64,000 nucleotides of DNA, from contig RHPI01002069.1 in NCBI GenBank assembly GCA_009103225.1, forward strand, positions 2,566,846 to 2,630,845. Direction: 5' to 3'. The translations under genes were made by a program, and so were the position numbers. Below are positions 1 through 13,135 of the stretch, piece by piece. The first letter of the stretch is position 1. Every line of letters starts with the position of its first letter. The notes beneath the pieces are model-generated. The model searched no databases, had not been told where the DNA came from, and saw nothing but the letters and a program-made list of their open reading frames with translations. This DNA comes from Chlorokybus atmophyticus. Lineage: Eukaryota; Plantae; Mesostigma and Chlorokybus algae.

Positions 1-135
1 ACGCAAAGCCTATCATGTTGTACTTGATTGTAACGATACGCCCGCACACTACATTCAAATGCCATAATATATCACAAGAAAATATACTTTTTTGTACTAT
101 TATCACATATGATGAAATTGGACATACAAGCATTA

Positions 136-3100
136 GGGTAAAGTGCTCTAGTTTCGGCCAAATAAGGTTTGAGACGTGACAGCTCTTAGGGTGTTTGTTT
201 TTTGGCGGTGATGTGAGTGAATGAGTTGAAGGAAACTAAATTGGCTGCACGTAAGTATTTTTTTCAACAAAATTGGAGCAGTGACGCGGCAGTTATGCTC
301 TGCTGAGTGGGCATGTGTAATTCATGCAGGTCAAAACCTAACGTGACCTTATTTCGGCCGTTGTTCTGGCTGTGTAGTAGCAGGACTGGCGTCGGCCATG
401 TCATGTGATGTGGCGGGTGATGTGTGGCTGCTGGTGTGCTGACACTGACAGCTGCGTTTTGCCGCCACAGTGCACCACAGCTGTCATTCTTTTTCCCGCC
501 AATGTGGCGGGAGACAGCTTTCAAGCAAAGCAAGGCACAGTAAGCGTAGGATGCATGTTGCTGTGCATGTGGGTCATGTGCGCAGCGACAGCAGCAACAG
601 CATGCATGGCAAGGCTGTAGATGTTGTAAGGGTTAGCATGGTGTATGTACAGGGGTTTGCGTGTATACTATGTATGCTACTGTCTAGCAGCACGCTTAGC
701 CCGCCATTTTGCTCCTGCTAGTCTACTCTCTGGGCTTGGGAAGGGGCGGTTGATGCGTGCATGGAGCCATTCGCCCCACTCAAGGAATGGCGGGTGCCTC
801 TCGCTAACCCATAGCATGGGATCCCAATCCCATCTACTGAGTAAGTCCAGCGCCTCCTCTCTTGTCTTAGCCCGTTGCTCCTCCTCCAATCGTTTTTCCT
901 CTCTTTTCTCAGCCGCTGCCTGTTTTTGCCCCGCATTCTTGGCTGCTGCCTCTGCTGATCTAGCTGCCTTCTGCTGATCTTTGTGGGCTTGTTTATTTGC
1001 AGCGATGCGTGCTGCCTCTTGCTTCTTGGCCGCTACTGCTGTAGCCTTCTCTGCAGCAGCATCAGCTCGCTCTTCCGCAGCTGCTGCACGGGCCTCCTTG
1101 CGTTGCTGCACAGCCTCATTTGCTACCCTCCTATCCTCCTCAATCTGGTATTGCCTGTCTCGAATGTCAGCATGCGTCAGCCACTCTGCTGTTGCTGGTT
1201 TCACACCCGTCCTCCTCTTTTTCTTTGCAGGTTGAACATTGGCGTTGGCTTGGGTTTGCTCCTGCACCTCCTCCTCCACCTCTGCTACTTGGGGGGGCTC
1301 TCCTTCCAGGACGTCAGCAAGCACATCTAGCAGACCCTTGGGAGGTTCAGGAGGGAGGTATTTGTCAACTGCATCAGCATTGAACGGGTGAATGCCTGCG
1401 TGAACAGCAGTAAGGTCAATTGTGTTGCACAGGTGCATGCATACACATGCACATGCACACATGCAATTGCACACATGCACATGCATGAGTTACACTCACC
1501 GCATGCCTAGAACCCAGCCATGATGTTGGCCGCACTAAGCCCTTGCACAAAGCACGGCACGAGCATCTTCAAGAATTGCTCATTAGGTAGGCCTCTCAAA
1601 CCTCTGTTGTCCTTCAGCCATGCAGAGTATACCTTCTTGTACACAGACTTGAAGCTTGAAAAACAGGCAACATCTAGAACCTGCAGTCTGTGTGTGGTGT
1701 GGGGGGGCAAAACGAGTATGTCCAAGCCCATATCTTTGCACTTGTCTATGGTAGCCACATGGTAGCGACTAACGTGGCCGTCACAGATGAGGAGAGCTGG
1801 GTTGCTTTGACTAATCCCCCCAGGCATGTTGCTTTGCAGATGATCAATCAAGGTGGAGAAATGTTCAGTAATCATCAATGCATTCTCTTGGACGCTGAGG
1901 CTGGCGCCTGGCAAGCCAAAGGCCTCTCCCCACTCAGGGTAGAGGTGCTGGCCTGCGAGGATAGCGGTGGGGGGGATGCAGTAGCCAGCAGCTGTCACAG
2001 CTGCCATGCAGGTACTGTGCTGTCTGGCCCCAGATGTGGCTAACTGAGCGAACTTGGAATTGCTGTAAATGCATGTGTTAGTTCATGTGCAACATGTTGG
2101 CATGCAAAGCATCATGTTGCCATGCACTGCACTTTGACAAAGCATACGGTCACTCACCTTTTTACTATCACAAATTGGTTACGCAAGTGGAGTCTGGCTC
2201 TATTCCAATCTCGTCACAACCAATGATTCGGTCCGGGCCAATCTTCATCACATCCAGCACTTCCTTGAGGCGTTTAAAGTAATCCTTCACGATCCAGCGC
2301 TTAAAGGACGTACGCCTGCTTGCATCAACTGCCTCCGCTTTCCTCTTCCTCAGCATATGACGCTGCATGAACATCCTCACCCAACGAGCGCCAGGTATCC
2401 CATCTTTGAATTGCTTGCTTTTCGGGTCATTGGCGAGTTGCTTCCCCACATGGACTTGTATATCTTCCTTTGTCATTGCACAACCTATGGCGTTCTAATA
2501 AGTGATCAGCTTCACCTCCTCCTCCACATTTAAGAAGGTTGGTCTACCTGCACCCCTTGCAGCATTGTGTGTCTCAGTGCACAGCAAAGCACATTGCACA
2601 GCACAGCACTATATAGTGTTGCACATGCACGGCAATGCACAGTGTGGAATAGCAATGCATGCTCTAACTCACTTGTACTGCTGCAAGCGTGAAGGGGAAG
2701 CCACGTAGTCCTTCATCGTTGACTCTGCGAGCCCTACCTCCCGTGCTGCCTCCCTTGCAGTCATGCAGCCCTGTTTAACAGCATAGATTGCCTCTTGTAC
2801 TCGTGGCAGCAGTGACAACCTCGCCTTACGAGGCATGTAAGGGCCCCTATTGTTTAGCAGCTGCTTGGCTCGCAGCTGCACTGACTTGTTGGTAACGCGC
2901 TTAGCGCTGCCAGCAGCAGTCCTGGTCACCTTGCAACACAGCAGAGTGCCTCAGTACAGGCACGATGAGGAGCTGTGTGAGTGCAACAACATGTTGGCAA
3001 TGATGAACAGAGAATCTGAGCCAAACAGTGCACAGCAGTAGCATTGCAATAGGTACCTGAGTTGGCATAGGCACAGCCTTGTGAAGCTTGCAATACACTT

Positions 3101-3736
3101 GCTCATGCCAACCGTGTGCTTCTCCCCGTGTGCCTCCTCACCTTGCATGTAAGCAAGGCACCTAACCAAGCGGTATGCCTGCAAACGCCCTCACTGCCTA
3201 GCACAACACGACCACCAAGCCAAACAACAATGTAGCTTTGTAGGCAGCTAGCTTTAGTTGTAACTAGACCTAGGCAACAAACCGCACTCCAAAAGCTTAC
3301 CCCAGCAAGAAGTTATGTCAGTTATAATATTACTATCACTCGCGGCGATACGCGTGTGGGGTGGCATAATAATTTTCTTGTTTCACATTCAATCGACCTG
3401 AAACTCTAATAGAAGCTGCATTATTACATAATAAAACATAACTATTACATAACTAAAACAATGCCATAAACCGCTCATCAAAACTCACTTGCGTCCAAAA
3501 GTTACAATAGTTAAGAATTATAGGGCAGCATTTCACTTAAACTATATATTTTCAAAAATTCAAAACTCCCGCCATACATGTCCAAACGGGCTAGCGGTTG
3601 AATCGGTAGACGCGTATCTTCCTAATCTAACAGCCCTCAAGAGCCCACCGCGATCAACGGCCCACAGCCATCACAGCAGCCAAGAAACTGCCTGCGCCGA
3701 AATAAGGTCACGCGCCGAAATTAGGGCACTTTACCC
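136..3736 (-). mobile_element. pogo/Fot1-like (Tc1/mariner superfamily) DNA transposon, full length, degenerate
   Basis: Left TIR GGGTAAAGTGCTCTAGTTTCGGC starts at 136. The right end CGCCGAAATTAGGGCACTTTACCC ends at 3736 (reverse complement GGGTAAAGTGCCCTAATTTCGGC, 2 mismatches). TA flanks both ends (134-135, 3737-3738). The element encloses a DDE_1-type transposase. Confidence 0.87.
677..2929 (-). pseudogene. Spliced DD35D transposase (HTH-psq + CENP-B HTH + DDE_1) with premature stops
   Basis: Exons seen in ORFs 2669-2929 (EAAREVGLAESTMKDY, HTH), 2168-2476 (PGARWVRMFMQRH; GCDEIG), 1507-2007 (LLICDGH..35 aa..QVLDV) and 677-1486 (GIHPFN, K/A/E-rich tail). GTGAGT donors and CAG acceptors separate the exons. 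In-frame TAG stops at ITY*KRH and AGF*ACG. Confidence 0.85.
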
Positions 3737-6284
3737 TACGCGGATTATGTCTCGTTTGCAAGTGTGTTGCAAAGCTTTGCAGGCATTGGTAGATGCATGC
3801 TTCTATCATTTGTGATGTGCGCATTGACAAAAGTTAAATGCAAATATCCGACTGCGCTTGTATTAAGTGCATGAGTATTTTATAATAGAATATGTTTTGC
3901 ATGTCAGGTTGAATATAGCGGGCTTTACATTATGAGATAATTTGTTTTATAACCAATCACATTTATGTAATATGAATGTTACACCCGTCCATCGCCACAA
4001 CAACAAATGTAGCTAATCGAACAATAGCACGCTTTTATGTAACACATTGCAATTAATTCCACATTACACTGCAGCTCCACATGAATTATGCAATTTACAA
4101 AGCGTTTATTATAATTTAACTTAATATACCAACTTCTTCTAACCGGTATAAATATATGTGCGGCGCCGGTTATCGCAATTGTGGCTAGAAAACTTATTCA
4201 ATACACACTTGCTGCTGAGCAAGATTCTTGTACGCTTACAGCGTGTGCAACAACTTGCTTATGCACTTTATCATTAATATGAACGCACAACGTTAATCCT
4301 ACACGTTGCATCACGCGATTGAGTTGTACCGTACGGGTGACCCCTGTAATTCATTGAGCTATTAATACCATCTCACATGCGTGGCGAGAATCATACAGTA
4401 CATGACAGACAATAAAAGGTGATGCTCTGATGTTGTATTTTATATCCTTAATACATATTTGATATATTTATCTTCGTTTATGTCTTATGTTAGCTCTTAC
4501 ACTTCCATGTCACCATGCGGGTTGCCAACTTGTAAACTTTCTGAGTACCAGGGTAAATATGTTACAACTTTCAAGTTGCAAGTTGTAATGCGAAGCCAAC
4601 ATGGAGCCAGTGCCAGATTGCTCTACTTTTCCACATAATACATTTATAAGGCATTGCGCTGCATGTGGCACATCATGCGCTACGAAGCAATTTGGGCGGC
4701 ACGTGCCATCTGGCCGGCACTGCCGCAGATAGGACTTCTCATAGGACTTCTCTGTTCTGGTAGGTAGGTGGTGATGCTGGCAACCGCAATGGTTGCCTCT
4801 GGCAGTTTGCCTGCTATGAAGGTACCACTGCGGCAGAACAGTGCCGTATCAGTGGCATTGACTGGGTCATGTGGTGAAGCCGCGTAGATCGGCACCGCCC
4901 GTCCACCTTGTCGTACTGATCGGCACAACGATCAGCAGATCAATTCGCCGCGCCCACCGAGAAAATGGCGACAGCCAAAAGTCAGACGAACGGTTTTGAT
5001 TCAAACTAACACAACCGAACGTCACCCTTTGGAGCGCACCACGCTAAATACATGTATCATGGTATGAGGTTCTGGGAACGACATGAATCCCGGCCTCTGT
5101 GTCAGAAATCCTAACGCACATGAGTCAGATAGCAAATTAACCCATGACTGATGAGCTATCAATGCCCTGGAGCGTTCCATAAACGTCAGAAAAGCACTCA
5201 TTCCCAAGCCTACTGGTACCTATCGTTACCTAATGCAGGCTGGATTGCTTTGTGAAACTGGTCCTGTACCTGTCTGGGCATGCTGGATGGATAGGCACGG
5301 CCGCGTTCATAACGGTCAACAGGTCATGAGCAAAGCTCGAAATCCGGAAATGCGATGACGCTTCGGGACTTCTTGCATTGTCGTTGACAAGTTTCAACTT
5401 CTTGCGGAAAATGTTGGGAACTGGTCGGCTCGCACGGCGTAGGATTCCGTGTCAATAATTTCGGAATTCGGAATTCACTGCAGTGGTGAAAATTTGAGAC
5501 GGGAGTTACGAGCTACGGGAGTTGCTTCTGCTTGCTGTTGCTGCTGCTGTTGTTGGGGTGAGAGGTATGGCTGGCGGCGGCACTGGTGGCGGTGTTGGTG
5601 TTGGTGTTGGTGCTATCGCTGCTTCAGCTGCTTCCGAGTCGCTGGCAGCTGGATCAACAACGTCGTTGTCGTCGTTGGGTTCGAGGTGGCCGGTGCGTTT
5701 ACGGATGTCCTGGACAACGGCGATCTGCTTGACGCTCTGTGCTGCTGCGCCGTTTGTGCTGCTCTTTGGGCCAGCCTTCTTCAGCGCTAATGGTGAGAAC
5801 GAGATGGGGCAGTTGTAGAAAGAGGAGAAGCAATTGAGAAAGCGGAGGTTGCAAAAATACTCAATGTTCGGGGAGGTGCAGCTTTGTCTTGCTGATGACC
5901 TGATCTCTGTTTGGTGTTGTAATTGATTGCTGCACATGTCAGTGCTAGTGTTACTGGTGTGTCAACCTGTCAAGTATACCACCGAATCATATTTCGAGTT
6001 TGAGTCGTGCCCATCCTGTCGTGTTTGGGCCTCTGAGCACATGAGGCACTGCTGTGTGCGCGCGTGAGTAAGCATGCATGCTTTGCTGGCTGGACATTGA
6101 GGGCACAAGCGCGTTGCTTTTGTCGGAGAAAACGATGCCAGTAGCTGGTTTACAGTTGTGTGTACACGTCTATGCTGCTCGCTTGCGACATGGACTCCAA
6201 TCAGCTGTCACAGCATGACTTGACAGTGCTCTCATCCATGCCTCTGCTCGGTAGTCACTGCATCTCAGCACCGAAGCATACAAG

Positions 6285-8312
6285 TTGTTGCACTGCGTAC
6301 AATATCAGAAGAACGCGGATTGTGGTTTTGACTTGCCCTGGTGCTTGCTTGGCTTGCTTGCAGGAGCTGCTTGTTTTTACAAGTCGCACGATGGCTATCC
6401 AGAAGCGGTGTCACGCCGATCGCACCAATCGTACTTTGCGCTGCTCAACATAACCTACACCTTAAATGTAACATCCACTTGTGATGTCGGGGCCACGCGA
6501 TACCCGCCCTACCCAACCCCTCCATCCGCGCGTTGCGATGCAATAAAGACACTGGCACCCGACTTCAATGCAACGCTTGCCGCCATGCCCATTGACGTGA
6601 GGCTCCAAAGACAGCGCTATCGTAGGAACCTCGCCAGGTGCCGCTCTTCAAAAAATTCCAAAGTTCTTAACTGCGAGCGAACACCTCCCTGCATGTACCT
6701 ACGTAAGTGGCTGGCGCTCGACTAGTTCGACTATGCTATGTGATGGCTGCTACTTTGGCAGCTTCATTGCATGACGCTGACTTTCGGGCTTTGTGCAGCA
6801 ACATCAGGGCCATGGCGGGACAACTTGCCCTTGAGGCTCGCCTGCAGAAGATACCAAAGGTGGGTTGTATGTGCTATGCTGCTTGACTAGTCGCGTGCAG
6901 GCACAGTCAGATTTCTCAACGGTGGCATACAATTCAAATGCGCAATGGTGTCAGAACAACCAGTCTCAGTTGAATATCAGCGTTAACTCTTGGTCAGAAT
7001 AGAAGCTGGTCAAGTCAGTAAGCATGTCTGCTTGTGTGCAGAGATGAAACCTGGCCAGTCTACGACCCGATCTTTAAGCGCACCGTGAACACTCGCACGA
7101 TTCTTGACATCCTCTCCCTCATTCGCAACAAGACATGGCTAGTTGCGGGTGACAGCGTGATGCAGCACACGTGGTACGCCATCATGTGCGCGTTGGAGCG
7201 GTTCAATCTCGCCGAGGAGGCTGTTGAAACTCACAGTCAGATCTGGCGCGTCATGAAGAGCTTAGGCACTATTACGCCAAGGGAGGGAAGCACGTACGAG
7301 CGCACGTACCGGTGGGACAGAGACGGCACACGGGTGTGGCGGGCGGGTGCGCCCTTCAACGTTACTATTATCTCGGTAAGCTTGGACCGGCCTTGGTTTG
7401 CAGGGATTCATACATACCTGCTGGTTGCGTCTAGCTGGCTGCTGACGCTATGCCTGCACAAGCTCGTTCTGTTGCACAGCTGGTAGCATGCATCCCACTG
7501 AACTGAAGTAGCATTGTGGGATGCATGTGTCATGGCGAAAGCCGTGTTGACATATTGTAGGCTGCATGTGGCTATATGCCACGTTGCTGCCCTGGATCAA
7601 CTTCACTCACGTGTTGTCTGTGTTGTGCGCTGCAGCCTCGTGTCAATGCTTTCGATGCTAACTACCTGAGCCCCTTTGTCGCGATGTCGGATGTCATCTT
7701 GACCGGGTTTGGGCTACACTACTCTCCGGACTTGTGCAGTTTTGAAAAAGCATTGCAAGAAGCTCTACCCTACTACAGCAAATGGGGTCAAGAGAAGGTG
7801 AGCAACAACTCCTTTTGTGTAACCACCAGGCAGGGGCATATGTGTAAGCACTACACCGCGGCATACCTTGCAAATGAGTGGCATTGAACGGCATGCTGAC
7901 GGTTCTGAAACTGCAGCTCTTGATGGTGAGGGAGCTGTCATCGCAGCATTTTCCAGAATCAGGTCACTTTCAGGCGTGCCTGCATAGTCCAACCGGCACG
8001 AACAGGGGTCAGTGCGTGCCGCTGAGTCAGGACTCGTATTCCAACAGTGCCATTGCTCGCATCAACTCCCGGTGGCACGCTGCCACGTGCTCGCACTCCA
8101 ACATCCACCTCGTGCCCTTCTATAACATCACGGCCCCCCTTCACAATATGCACATGGGTAGCGGTCCAGGTCCGGCCCCAGCAAATAAGACACGCGACTG
8201 CACGCACTTCTGCTACTCACCTCTTATGTGGGATATCCACTTCACGGACATGTACAATGTGCTGAAAGATGCAGTACAGGCGCGTGAAGGTGGCCCGTTG
8301 GATGCACAATGA
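6285..8312 (+). CDS. TBL/PC-esterase (SGNH/GDSL-like) family putative O-acyltransferase; multi-exon, start uncertain
   Basis: N-terminal hydrophobic anchor LPWCLLGLLAGAACFY; WLVAGDSVMQHTWY (GDS motif, ORF 7034-7486); DVILTGFGLHY; C-terminal DCTHFCYSP (DxxH motif, ORF 7878-8312). GT-AG introns lie between the coding blocks. Confidence 0.75.
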
Positions 8313-9071
8313 GGTTTGCTCGCTTGCGATCATTGAGTTGTGTTTTTCTATCACTGTTTGTAGATAATCCTTATTCCCTTATTATGTAGATAGATATGTG
8401 TAGCAACGACGCAGGACACGTCTGTTACGCTGTATCATACACAACCAGTGTTGTGTACTGTACAGTTTTCTATTGCAGATGAGCGTAGTTTTGGCGTTTA
8501 TACTGACTCATAGACCGTTTGTGTTGTTCCAACATGCACGTTGTCTGCATACCTCGCTCAACTTGCCCGCTTAACAACCGGTGCTCATGGCTGTTTGGTG
8601 CTTCTGAGACAAGCACCTGTATGTCACTGTTGCAAACCAACCCAAGGTCATCGCGCATGTCCTGCAGCCCATTGGTATGTAATGTATTCCTGTGATTATG
8701 TGAGTGCAAACATGCTTTCTTGGGTCGTAGCAGTGCCATGTGATGACAACAGCATTCTCAAAAATGGGTATTCACCTGTGTGCTGACGAAGGCATGCACA
8801 AGCAATAGGACGTCCAAACACCTTGGACAGACAGGAAACGACATGTACCTCAACCGTACTCTGTGCTACCATAATACATAGCCATGACACTGTTCTAACT
8901 CAAGCAGATGTGACCAGCGCAGGGAGCGATCATGCAAGTCCTATGCTAATGAGTTAGCCTCTTTCCCTTGCCACAAACAGGCAACTCTCATTCGTTGATG
9001 AAGTGCAATACAACATGGCAGTCATTCTCTCCACACGCTGCCGCGACAAATCCTATAACCAATATTGACAA

Positions 9072-12000
9072 TCAGTCAAAGGCTAGCCGCGTGGCCGAGC
9101 CTGTGGGTTTCAGCTGAGGAGACTCCGCTCTTATCGGCGATGCGGCACCAGAATGGTCAGGTGAAATGGCGTCCGGAGTATTTATAGAGTTGTTGAAACT
9201 ATTCTTCTTGGCCATGCCCAAGTCCACTAGCTTCGCACGCTGCGCAAACTGCAGCGACGAAATTGTCTCTGCCGAGTTGGACATGTTGGGCGCCACGTTC
9301 GCAAACATGAGAACTTTAGCGTCACCGCCCAAGCTGTCTTGCAGCAGATACGTGAGCTTGGAGTTCCTGTAGGGGATGTGGCTGTTCTTCTTCTGCAGTG
9401 AAGCTATTACGTCGCCCAATGCCGACAGACTCTTATTAATAGCCTGCATTACAGCACAAGCTCAAACTAGGCAAGCACAGCTGTTGAATCATAAGATTAG
9501 TGACAATTGTGTGTAATCTCCTAGTGCAAAAGCTCACACGCATTGCTAACCATTGTGCATCAAATAGCGTGCATGCATGTGAGGGACACAACCTTTGTGA
9601 GTTGGTTCACGTGCATGCCTTGCGCACACGCTGCTCGGGTGTATACCTGTGCCTCTTTGAGTTGGTCACCACTGACTCCGGACTTATTGACCCGCTCGGA
9701 CCCTGCCAGATCAACAAGGTGCAGCTTCGCCTTGTGCTTCTGCCCCAGGTTCTCAACCTCAAGATAGACCGTGAGGATCATGTGCGAGCGCGAAGAATGC
9801 TGGTTCATGTTTGTCGACGCCGTGCTGTTGCAAAGCACATCGCAATCATCAGTCATGCCTCTTGCTACACTGGGACCTGTGCAGGATTGAGCAGTTGACC
9901 ACACTTCACCTGCGATTGCGTTTGCCTTCTTTGAAGACCGCCTCAACGTCTTTGATGTTGACGACGGGCCGCATGCTGAGGTCTGGAACGTGGACTCGTC
10001 CGTCGAGCGGGTTGTGCTTGATCTCCAACTTGCCTTCCGCTGGTCGCGGCGTGAGCAAGTCCCGAACCGTCTCGTTGTAGATCTCAATCATGGAGACGGA
10101 CATAGATGACTTTGCATCAGGTCCCAAGTTTTCAACCAAACTGAAAAGCTCCTCCAAAGCCCTGAATGGAGCACAGTGTTTGCATGCTTGCCAATGTAAT
10201 GACTGCGTTGATCATGTTGCAACACTCACCTAAAGTTGATTCCGCGGTCTTGCTCTGAACCGTCCATAGTGTGAGTCTTGCCGGAGCCAGTCTGGCCGTA
10301 CGCGAATATGCACACGTTGTAGCCGTCAACACACGACTGCACGAGCGGAGCCGTGTCCTCCCAAACTGCCACTTGCGTGGCCTTTTGGTCAAACACTCGA
10401 TCAAACGTGAAAGCCTGAACAACACACAAGTCAGAGACCATTGGGCACGCACTTGAGCCACACAAGTGCATGGCGTCCAAATGAGGCACGCACCTGCTCT
10501 CGCCTTGCGCCATCATTGACTTTCAACCCCAGGTTGGTATCAGGAGGATAGATGATACATGTCTCTCTGTCTGCATCGTCCTTAAGTACTGGCCGCACCC
10601 TTGCAAACACCCTGACGAGGGCAAACTGTTCAGCCAGACAGACCCAACAACTGATAACACTACGTTGGCATGACACACTTGCCTGATGTTGCCTTTGAGG
10701 TTCATAAGCTCGTTGTGCACACTCTTGCGGTCCCTCATCTCCTTCTTCCACTTGGTCTCAACATCGACGTACTTTAACTTGAGCGCCGCGAGCTCTGCTT
10801 CTAGTCCTGATCGTGAGCCTTCCAAGTGCGCCACACGCTGTCGCAGACTCGTGCATTCGGCCATCACGTCGGATGCGGAAGCCCGTGCTTCCGCCTCTCG
10901 TCGCGCAATCTGAAAGAAGAAACCAACAGCAATACTTCTGAATCTGCAGCAGTGATCCGCTTTTATGCAACTGTTGCACAAAAGCGTTCCAATAGAGGGC
11001 AACCCACCACCCAACTTTGATGTTGAACTTCATTGTCAGTGAAGAGTCCATTGCAGGTACAGTTCAAGCATAGCTGATGTGCAATGTTACATTAACCAAC
11101 CAGCATCACACCTGCTCTTGAAGTGATGCGAGCTCTGCGGCATGGGTAGCTCTCAAGCCATCGACGCCAGCTGAAGCTGACCGGTGCTGAGAGTCCAGTG
11201 AAGCAATGGTGGCATCCTTGGCAGCAACAAGGCTCTGTGAGCAAGACAGTTAGCTGGTGAGGACACAACACGCACAAATGTACAACACGCTCTCATTGCG
11301 CACTTGCAGGCGTGCGATCTCGTTCTCATTGATGCGGAATTTCTCTGTGAGGCCTTCAGCATCAAGTGCTTTGGCCTTGAGCTCGTGGCGGACGGCGGCT
11401 ATGTCCGCGGCATGGCGGGCCTCCAAGGCCGCCACGTCCGCGGCGTTCTGCTGTGCAGCCACCTCTTTGGTCATTGTGACGGCACTCAACTCCCCTTGCA
11501 ACGTGGCAATGGCTTCTTCTTGAGCCTACAAACGACATGATGTCAATACAGTCAACAGAGCATCAGCCACTGTACTACATGCGGACTCATCGTTGCAATT
11601 GAAGATGTGCAACTGAGAACATGCATTCAACGGGATGTTGAGGGCTTCAAGTAAGACGTACGAATGTTTTTATTGCATACTACTTCATGCTCGCACAGTG
11701 CGTACATTACCTTCAGCTGCGATTGCAAGCTGTGTATCAACTGGTCCTTCTCTGCCTGCTTTGCAATATCTTCATCCGTCACACGCTTCCCCGCGGACTC
11801 CAGCTCTGCTCGCAGCTCCTCCATTTCAACTGCATGCCTAGAAGCCTGTACCCCAAACCACAGTGTTTGTGACACATGCACACGCACACGTACACGTACA
11901 CGCTCAGGACACTGCCGCTCAACAGCAACAACTTCTCCCAGTGCAACCACTTACTTGCTCCTCCTTCTCCTGCTCCAGTGACTTGACCAGGGCGGCCAGC

Positions 12001-13135
12001 GCAGCCGCCTGGCCCGCGCCAACACCCTGGCCTTCCGAAGCTATCCTCCACTCAGACACCGCGGACGGCCCCGCTCGCGCCGCCTTCAACTCCTCCATGA
12101 GCTTCTCACATTGTGCCTGCGTCGAGTACAGGTTCGAGCAACCTGAGATTTCTCTTGCATCAACAACAGTTACCACAGACTGTCTGCAACATGGGGATAA
12201 AGCAACTCGCCTTTGACCATAATGATGTTACGCAAGCACAGTACCAAAGCCATGTGGGGGGGGGTTGGGGGGGGGGGGGGGTGTTATCAGACAGACATTG
12301 TTTGGCAAGGACACTGCTCACATGAAGATTGCACCCATGCGTGTGGACACAGACACACGCGCACGCGCACGTGCACGCATGTGTGCATTCTTGTCCTAAC
12401 TTATGAGTCAGTGTGAGATGACTGTGCATACATTAAGGACATAAGTCCAACGTACTGTAAGCCGCGCAACTTCAGCTTCCGCGCCATTAGCTTTCGGTGT
12501 TCCTCGGCCGCGTGCAGAGGTGGCCTCCTTGAGCTGTTTGCGGAGGTCGGCAATCTTGTCCTCAAGGCCAGCAACAATCTCAGCGGCATTCTTCGCGGCG
12601 AGGTTGAGCTCCTTTTGTCGGCGCTGAGACATGTCATCTGTGAGGCGCTCAAGGGCGCGCTTCATCTTCTCCTGCAGTATGGCAGCCTGCTTCTCCAGCT
12701 CCTGCTTCATGCGCCCGTTCTCGCGGTCTTTCTGTTGGTCCTCCCACATGCCCGCGTCCCTCTCCGCTTCAAGTGACACAATTCTCGCCATGTAACGCGA
12801 CCTCTCCACCTCCCACCCCGCCTCCATCTCGTCAATCTTCTCCTGAACACCAACACATGCACAAAGACACATGAATGCACGTACACACGCGTGCGCGCAC
12901 GCATGCACACGCAAACGGACTGCATTTTTGTTTGTTTCCAGATCGCAAATCTGCTAACATACGACTCAATGCTTGCATACTTGTATTTCAGCCATGTCCG
13001 GGGTGGGCATTGAGGAGTCCATTGGGCTTTTGCGCTGCTGTTTTGGGCCTCCTGGAGAAGGACCAGCAGGGTACTCAAATACTTCGAGGGATTGCATGCG
13101 CACGTCTTGCATGAGTCGGTTGCTGTTGCCTCCCC
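9072..13135 (-). CDS. Kinesin-14 family protein (C-terminal motor, long N-terminal coiled coil); multi-exon, 5' end unresolved
   Basis: Motor motifs spread over exons: [36 protein letters not shown] (P-loop), [61 protein letters not shown]. Heptad-rich exons at 10.7-12.9 kb with LKGNIR neck just before the motor. Confidence 0.95.

Noticed and set aside
5449-5937. Pro/Ala-rich minus-strand ORF and poly-Cys plus-strand ORF
   Set aside because: Low-complexity sequence. The minus frame may be a real exon, but I could not link it to any gene model or domain.
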